In this document: piece by piece, positions 58,211 through 64,000 of the stretch
Layout: the number at the start of each line of letters is the position of its first letter
Position numbering within the stretch: position 1 is the first letter of the stretch
From: Octopus bimaculoides
Taxonomy: Eukaryota
NCBI RefSeq assembly: GCF_001194135.2
Contig: NC_068982.1
Span: forward strand, 169,620,318 to 169,684,317
DNA length: 64,000 bases
Direction: 5' to 3'
Notes under the pieces: model-generated
The model's input: the letters and a program-made list of their open reading frames with translations, nothing else
Database searches by the model: none
What the model was told of the DNA's origin: nothing
Made by a program: the position numbers and the translations under genes

Positions 58211-58322
58211 GAGAGAGAGAAACTTTGAGGATGAGAGACTTGGAAGGAGAGAGAGAAACTTGGAGGGTGAGAGACTTGGAAGGAGAGAGAGAAACTTGGA
58301 GGGTGAGAGACTTGGAAGGAGA
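58211..58322. repeat. 36-bp minisatellite, 3 copies
   Basis: Unit gagagagaaacttggagggtgagagacttggaagga. Confidence 0.9.
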
Positions 58323-58687
58323 GAAAAGGAGAGCCTTAGAGAGAGTGTCCGAGATATGATATTGTATGCCATTTTGAAAAGAGAGTTGGTGGTTGAGGTG
58401 GAGTTAAGGGGAGATAACTGGAGAAAGAAGGCGGGGAAGAGGGGCGAGAGTAAGATGGATTAGCAGAACACTAGAAGAAGAAAGAAAGAGAAAGTTTGGG
58501 TAAAGTAAGAAGTGAGAGGGTGGGGCCAATGTCATTAAGACGGAGACGAAATAAAAGTGTGTTACGGAATTGAACATCTAAGCAGTGTAAACACGCATTA
58601 TTCTAGTTGCATGCTTGAGTGTATGTATATACGCACGCACATAAACATACATGTGTGCATACGTTGTTTTTTCGTTCATAGCCCCTG

Positions 58688-58730
<43 letters not shown>

Positions 58731-58779
58731 ATTTACCAATTTATATATATACGTGTGCTTATCAATGAATGTATACTTA

Positions 58780-58890
58780 TAGGCGTCGTTGTGTAGTACC
58801 ACATGGTTTCGTGTTCAGTTCCATTGCGCGGCACCTTGGGCACATTTTCCAACTATAGACCCAGGCCCACGAAGGCCTTCTGAGTGAATA
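58780..58890 (+). mobile_element. SINE family B head, internally deleted
   Basis: ccacatggtttcgtgttcagttccattgcgcggcaccttggg..ctatagacccaggccc..gccttctgagtg. Confidence 0.7.
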
Positions 58891-58992
58891 TGCATAGTAA
58901 TATATTTCTACAACAGCCTTGGGTGCCTTTGAAGTATTCCATTTTGTTGTGAGCATATGGTTCGTGGTCCAGATGCTTAAAATATATAAGCT

Positions 58993-59050
<58 letters not shown>

Positions 59051-59069
59051 GTCTATCTATCTATCTATA

Positions 59070-60244
59070 TTAGGTTGGCAACTAAGTTCCCACGGTTTTT
59101 AAAAATTTTAATCTTTTAAAAAGTTTAATAAAAAATAACAACTAATTAATCAATAATGTATTCACCCTTGTTGTTTACAACTTCTTCCCAACGTTCAACA
59201 AGATTTTCAATACATTGTTGGTAGAAATCACCCGATTTCGACTCGAAAAATTTATCCAACCAAGCTCTCAATTCTGCATCCGTTGGTGCCAAATCAGGAG
59301 AGTACGGCGGGTGTGGCAGCACTTCCTAGCCATGCGTTTGAATGGCTTCCTTGGTCATATTGGCGATATGAGGGCGGGTGTTGTGAAGCAGAATATCTCC
59401 ATGCTGCCGATTAGGTCTTTTCTCGTGAATAACCGTGTTGAGTCGTTCCATCTGTTGAACATAGAGTTCCGCGTTGACTGTTTGGTTCCGTTCAAGCAAT
59501 TCGTAATGGATGAACCCTTCCCAGTCCCACCGTACACACAACATCGTTTTACGTGGATGAAAATCTTGTTTCACGTGCGGTGTTGCTTGTTTACCGGGGC
59601 TAAGCCATTCCTTACGCTGCTTCATTTTTCGTCTGCAGTAACGATTCGGTAAAGAAATCGTTGCTTGTGTCTATTAGTTGAGCGGTGATGAGCAAGGAAA
59701 CCAGCGGAGATTGTGGCTCGTTGACTGTTGTTGTTGTCACTTAAACGATGCGGAACCCATGCTCCATACTTCTGAACCTTTCCCATCGAGTGAAGATGCT
59801 TCTCTATAGCAGTGTTGGAGCATTCCATTTTCTCTGCCAGTTCTCTTCTCGTTTGACAAGAATTTTTGTGTAAAAGTTGGGTTAATCGTTCTTCATCGAA
59901 CTCAACTGGACGGCCAGAACGAGGTGCGTCTTTGAGGTCAAAATTTCCATTTTTGAACTTGGCATACCAACCACGAGCGGTTTATTCAGCTATGGCACCC
60001 TCTCCATACAGAACACAAATGTCACGAACAACTTTTGCGGCCTTAGAACCTTGATTAAAAGGAAAAAGAAGGAGGTGTCAAAAATGCTCGTTTTTCTTAA
60101 CTTGATATTCTGTTTTCATGATCTGAAAATAAAAACAAAAATTAACTAAAATTAACTAGGAAAAAACAAAACAAAACGAAATCGATTCTAAAATGATTCA
60201 AAAATAGAATTCTCGGAAAAATAGATTCCAAAATTTAAAAACGC
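59070..60244 (-). mobile_element. Mariner transposon (transposase pseudogene 60119-59146)
   Basis: TA followed by TIR ttaggttggcaactaag at 59070. Translation: WYAKFKNGNFDLKDAPRSGRP, GAWVPHRL, RIVTADEK*, LHNTRPH, YSPDLAPTD, KGEYIID*. The other TIR presumably lies in the gap 60245-60494. Confidence 0.95.
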
Positions 60245-61149
60245 NNNNNNNNNNNNNNNNNNNNNNNNNNNNNNNNNNNNNNNNNNNNNNNNNNNNNNNN
60301 NNNNNNNNNNNNNNNNNNNNNNNNNNNNNNNNNNNNNNNNNNNNNNNNNNNNNNNNNNNNNNNNNNNNNNNNNNNNNNNNNNNNNNNNNNNNNNNNNNNN
60401 NNNNNNNNNNNNNNNNNNNNNNNNNNNNNNNNNNNNNNNNNNNNNNNNNNNNNNNNNNNNNNNNNNNNNNNNNNNNNNNNNNNNNNNNNNNNNNTGCAAT
60501 TGTTTTCAAATAAATCTATTTATATATATACAAAACTAGTTTCAACAATACATTTTGTTTATCACTGGTAAAAATTTAGAATAATGAATTAGAAAAACAT
60601 GTTTAAAATTTTAGGTGTTGACAAGTTTAAATGTTCATAACGGACAAATTTAGAATTATGAATTAGAAAATTATGTTTAAAAGTTTCAATGTCAGAATTT
60701 TGAATGTTCATAACAATCAATAATATAAAAACTGTTTAAAGGTACGAATTTCAATAGTGTTAGTAGTGGTCGACAAGAAATAAATATCATCAAAGTTTCA
60801 GTCATACTGAGTTAAGAGGGAGAAAAAGAAGGGTGAAATGAAGATAGTAAAAAAAGGGGTTTGGTTTGCAGTTTCTGTGATTCTCTTTCCGTCATGAGCA
60901 GGAACTTTCGCTTGTAACAGTGGTTTTTGGAATCCGGTGTTTTTATAATTTTTTTTCCGCAAACGGATTTGATTTTTGATTCGTTAAAGTACTGGTGACG
61001 TCTTGTTTTTTCTGGTGGTCAAGTTTGTCGTTCTACCTGGTTGGCTTTCTTGTGGAGAACGGTCATCAGCCGTTACAGTTGGTTGATTCTCTTAAAGGGT
61101 CATTTTCGTTGAGTAAAAGTTCTTAAACAAGATAGTGACTTTATTTTCC

Positions 61150-61880
61150 TTTAGTGATTAACTGTCACCGAAATTTTGTCAGCATTTCAAAAGAGTTTCC
61201 TGAATGTTACCAACAAATTTCAGAAAAAATATCCTCGTTTCAAACAAATATTTCCTTAACCGCCTATTGTAGCCTTTAGACGCAATAAAAATTTGAGAGT
61301 TATTAGCCACTACCTCCAATCCTAAAAAAAAACAAAACAACCATTGAAGTTCTGAACGCTGTATCTCAAAATATGGCCGCAAGTGAGATAAACCCTCTTC
61401 ATTGTGCAACAACAGGAGTCAAGTCAATTTCATCACAAATCATGACAGAATTGTTATGATTTATACAGAAGGTGGGACGTTTAAAGATTCTCATTCTGTG
61501 TACGCAGCGGAATGCACCAAACACAACTTGATTTATGTTGATTATACAACAGAACAGTTAAATAAAAGATTGAGTGGGCATAGATATGATGTCAGGCATA
61601 ATAGCAGTAGTTCGACAGAACTTTCCGAACATTTTACATCAAACGGCTGTAATTTTGAGGAACATCTGAAAGTGGACTTTCTCGGTAATTACTGGCTTTC
61701 AGTCCTCGAAATGCATAATTTGTGAATTGTTAACGTAACACCCTGGAAAAATGAATAAAATGACAGGTGAGTTTCATCCCATTTACACACAACTATTTGA
61801 CTAAGTATTCCCTTTCCTGCTATTTTTTTTCTTTCTCCTTGTTACCAGTTATGAAAAAGTAAAAACTGACGATGTCCTTT
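61150..61880 (+). mobile_element. Penelope-like 3' fragment with GIY-YIG endonuclease
   Basis: PPIVAFRRNKNL, HSVYAAECTKHNLIYVDYTTEQLNKRLSGHRYD..ELSEHF. Confidence 0.8.
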
Positions 61881-63866
61881 TATCTAAAAAGAAAGGTAGG
61901 ATTTATTCGTCCATATTTTGAATTTCTGTGTTTCTGCAGGTTTGTTTTTTAATTTTAGACTTTGAAATCGAAGAAGACAGACAATCTATCGAAATATTAT
62001 TCAATCCGTTCAATAAACAGACATTCTCTATTACAAATCGCATTGCGCACTTCTTATTGTTCATCATCATGATCATGATGATGATGATGATGATGATGAT
62101 GATCATCATCATCATCGTTATTGGGAAATATATTTTATTAAAAAACAATTTTCCAAATATTTATATTACAAAGAGGTCCACTTAATGTTTGGTACATTAC
62201 TTGAGGAATTATTCCATCGGCTTTCTTTGCAGGAAATGTGTTGTAAACTTTATTATGTCCATAGCTTATCGAATAACCTATTCATGAATATTTAAAATTT
62301 TAACGAATATATCAAAATTAAAAGATTTACCCTTCATGATCCGTTCCCTTGGCTAGAAACCGCTTATGCAGACTGTATATGTTATTCACTTGCCAAGCAA
62401 ATATACACATATAGATCGCAGAAAGGTATTTATTTACTCATGTTTATGTGTCTGCGTACCATGGAGAATAATATAGGGCATTAATGATTGTACTACGACT
62501 GAATTGCTTGAGACTTTTACTACGTATCAAAAGGCCTTGTCATAGACTCATGTACCAACACATACGCTTATATATAAAAACATACAAACGAACAGATGCA
62601 CATATTTACATCTCTCTCTCTCTCTCTCTCTCCCCACACACACGTATGTGCCTGTATGTGTATAAACAGTTACGTGTCCCCATATACCTATATTCTTGGC
62701 ACGCAAACACACTAATATTACATAAATGCATACGATATTTTCTGCTTAATGTGTTCTTAAACATGCATGCCGATCATGATAAGTGTAAATTATCTACAGT
62801 TTGGTATTATTATACGGCGTTTCATTGTGCGTGTCTGATCGCACCACTACACATCGATAAGTTTATGGGTTGTTTATAGGTAAAAAAAGAACAAAAAAAA
62901 AAAACAAAAGACAAAAAACAAAACAAAAAAAACTTTCAACCTACAAATTTCAAATATGTACTTTTATTCTATTTCAAGTTTGTAACATAAAAGTAATTCT
63001 CTCCGCTTTTGCCTCCCTCGTTCGCACGCCTTCAAACATTCATTTTCTTGATTTATTCTTACTTCTCTAACAATATCATATATATATATATATATANNNN
63101 NNNNNNNNNNNNNNNNNNNNNNNNNNNNNNNNNNNNNNNNNNNNNNNNNNNNNNNNNNNNNNNNNNNNNNNNNNNNNNNNNNNNNNNNNNNNNNNNNNNN
63201 NNNNNNNNNNNNNNNNNNNNNNNNNNNNNNNNNNNNNNNNNNNNNNNNNNNNNNNNNNNNNNNNNNNNNNNNNNNNNNNNNNNNNNNNNNNNNNNNNNNN
63301 NNNNNNNNNNNNNNNNNNNNNNNNNNNNNNNNNNNNNNNNNNNNNNNNNNNNNNNNNNNNNNNNNNNNNNNNNNNNNNNNNNNNNNNNNNNNNNNNNNNN
63401 NNNNNNNNNNNNNNNNNNNNNNNNNNNNNNNNNNNNNNNNNNNNNNNNNNNNNNNNNGTACACACACACAAACTTACACACGTATATATGTTGCCTGTCA
63501 AGTTATGGAATATAATTTTTTCTATTATGTGAGTTTGTAGGTGAATTTTTAAAGTAAGAATTTAAACAACGAAATAGAATGGAAAATAAAAAGACTAAAA
63601 CATATGGGAGACTTAAACTCACGAAGAATACCAAAGCGATCGTCTGCAAAAGGAAAGAAAATATAATTCATATCTAGTCAATAATTACTCTAACTTTATT
63701 GACAATATAAAGAGAAAAACAAAAAACAAAGTAAACTAGAGAAAATAAAAACTTCCTTCATTTCAAAGAAGTGTGAGAACTAGTAAATAATACAGAAAGG
63801 TAGCGGGCGTGAATTTAGAGAGATATATTACACTGCAATCTTTACATACACACATACGTACGTAAA

Positions 63867-63902
<36 letters not shown>

Positions 63903-64000
63903 CATACATATAAATATATATACGCACACACACAAATATTTATATATATATACATATATGTATGATTACGCGGATATATATATATATATATATATATATA

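Noticed and set aside
58211-58322. CRISPR-like 36-bp repeats
   Set aside because: The units are contiguous with no unique spacers, there are no cas genes, and the context is eukaryotic.
61865-61910. Hammerhead in the 61-kb Penelope tail (ctgacgatgtcc)
   Set aside because: Only the CUGACGA half is present; there is no stem II partner or GAAAC box.

Overview
AT-rich, repeat-dense animal genomic DNA from a gapped draft assembly (12 N-runs, mostly beside (TA)n/(CA)n). The SINE and microsatellite landscape best fits an octopod cephalopod; this is an inference from recalled repeat families, not a database result. I recognise no intact host protein-coding gene, rRNA, true tRNA or CRISPR array, and most listed ORFs are microsatellite or N-run artefacts. 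The supportable content is mobile DNA: CR1-group, RTE, Jockey/CR1-like and R4/Dong-type LINE remnants, four Penelope-like remnants, two dead mariners, a full-length Buster-type hAT with TIRs and an 8-bp TSD, a non-autonomous Helentron-type element and four SINE-like families. The most notable item is a Penelope terminal repeat combining a tRNA-like Pol III head, an (AAT)n spacer and a minimal type I hammerhead ribozyme, present both on an RT/GIY-YIG ORF and as a solo unit. Also notable are an ORF1-only retroelement with an apparent TSD nested in the Helentron-type element, serial R4/Dong insertions into (TACA)n, a SINE sharing its 3' tail with a local LINE, and a candidate CCAAT/TATA promoter at about 44.5 kb. 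Boundaries are by-eye estimates (often +/-10-30 nt) unless a TSD, TIR or motif is quoted.
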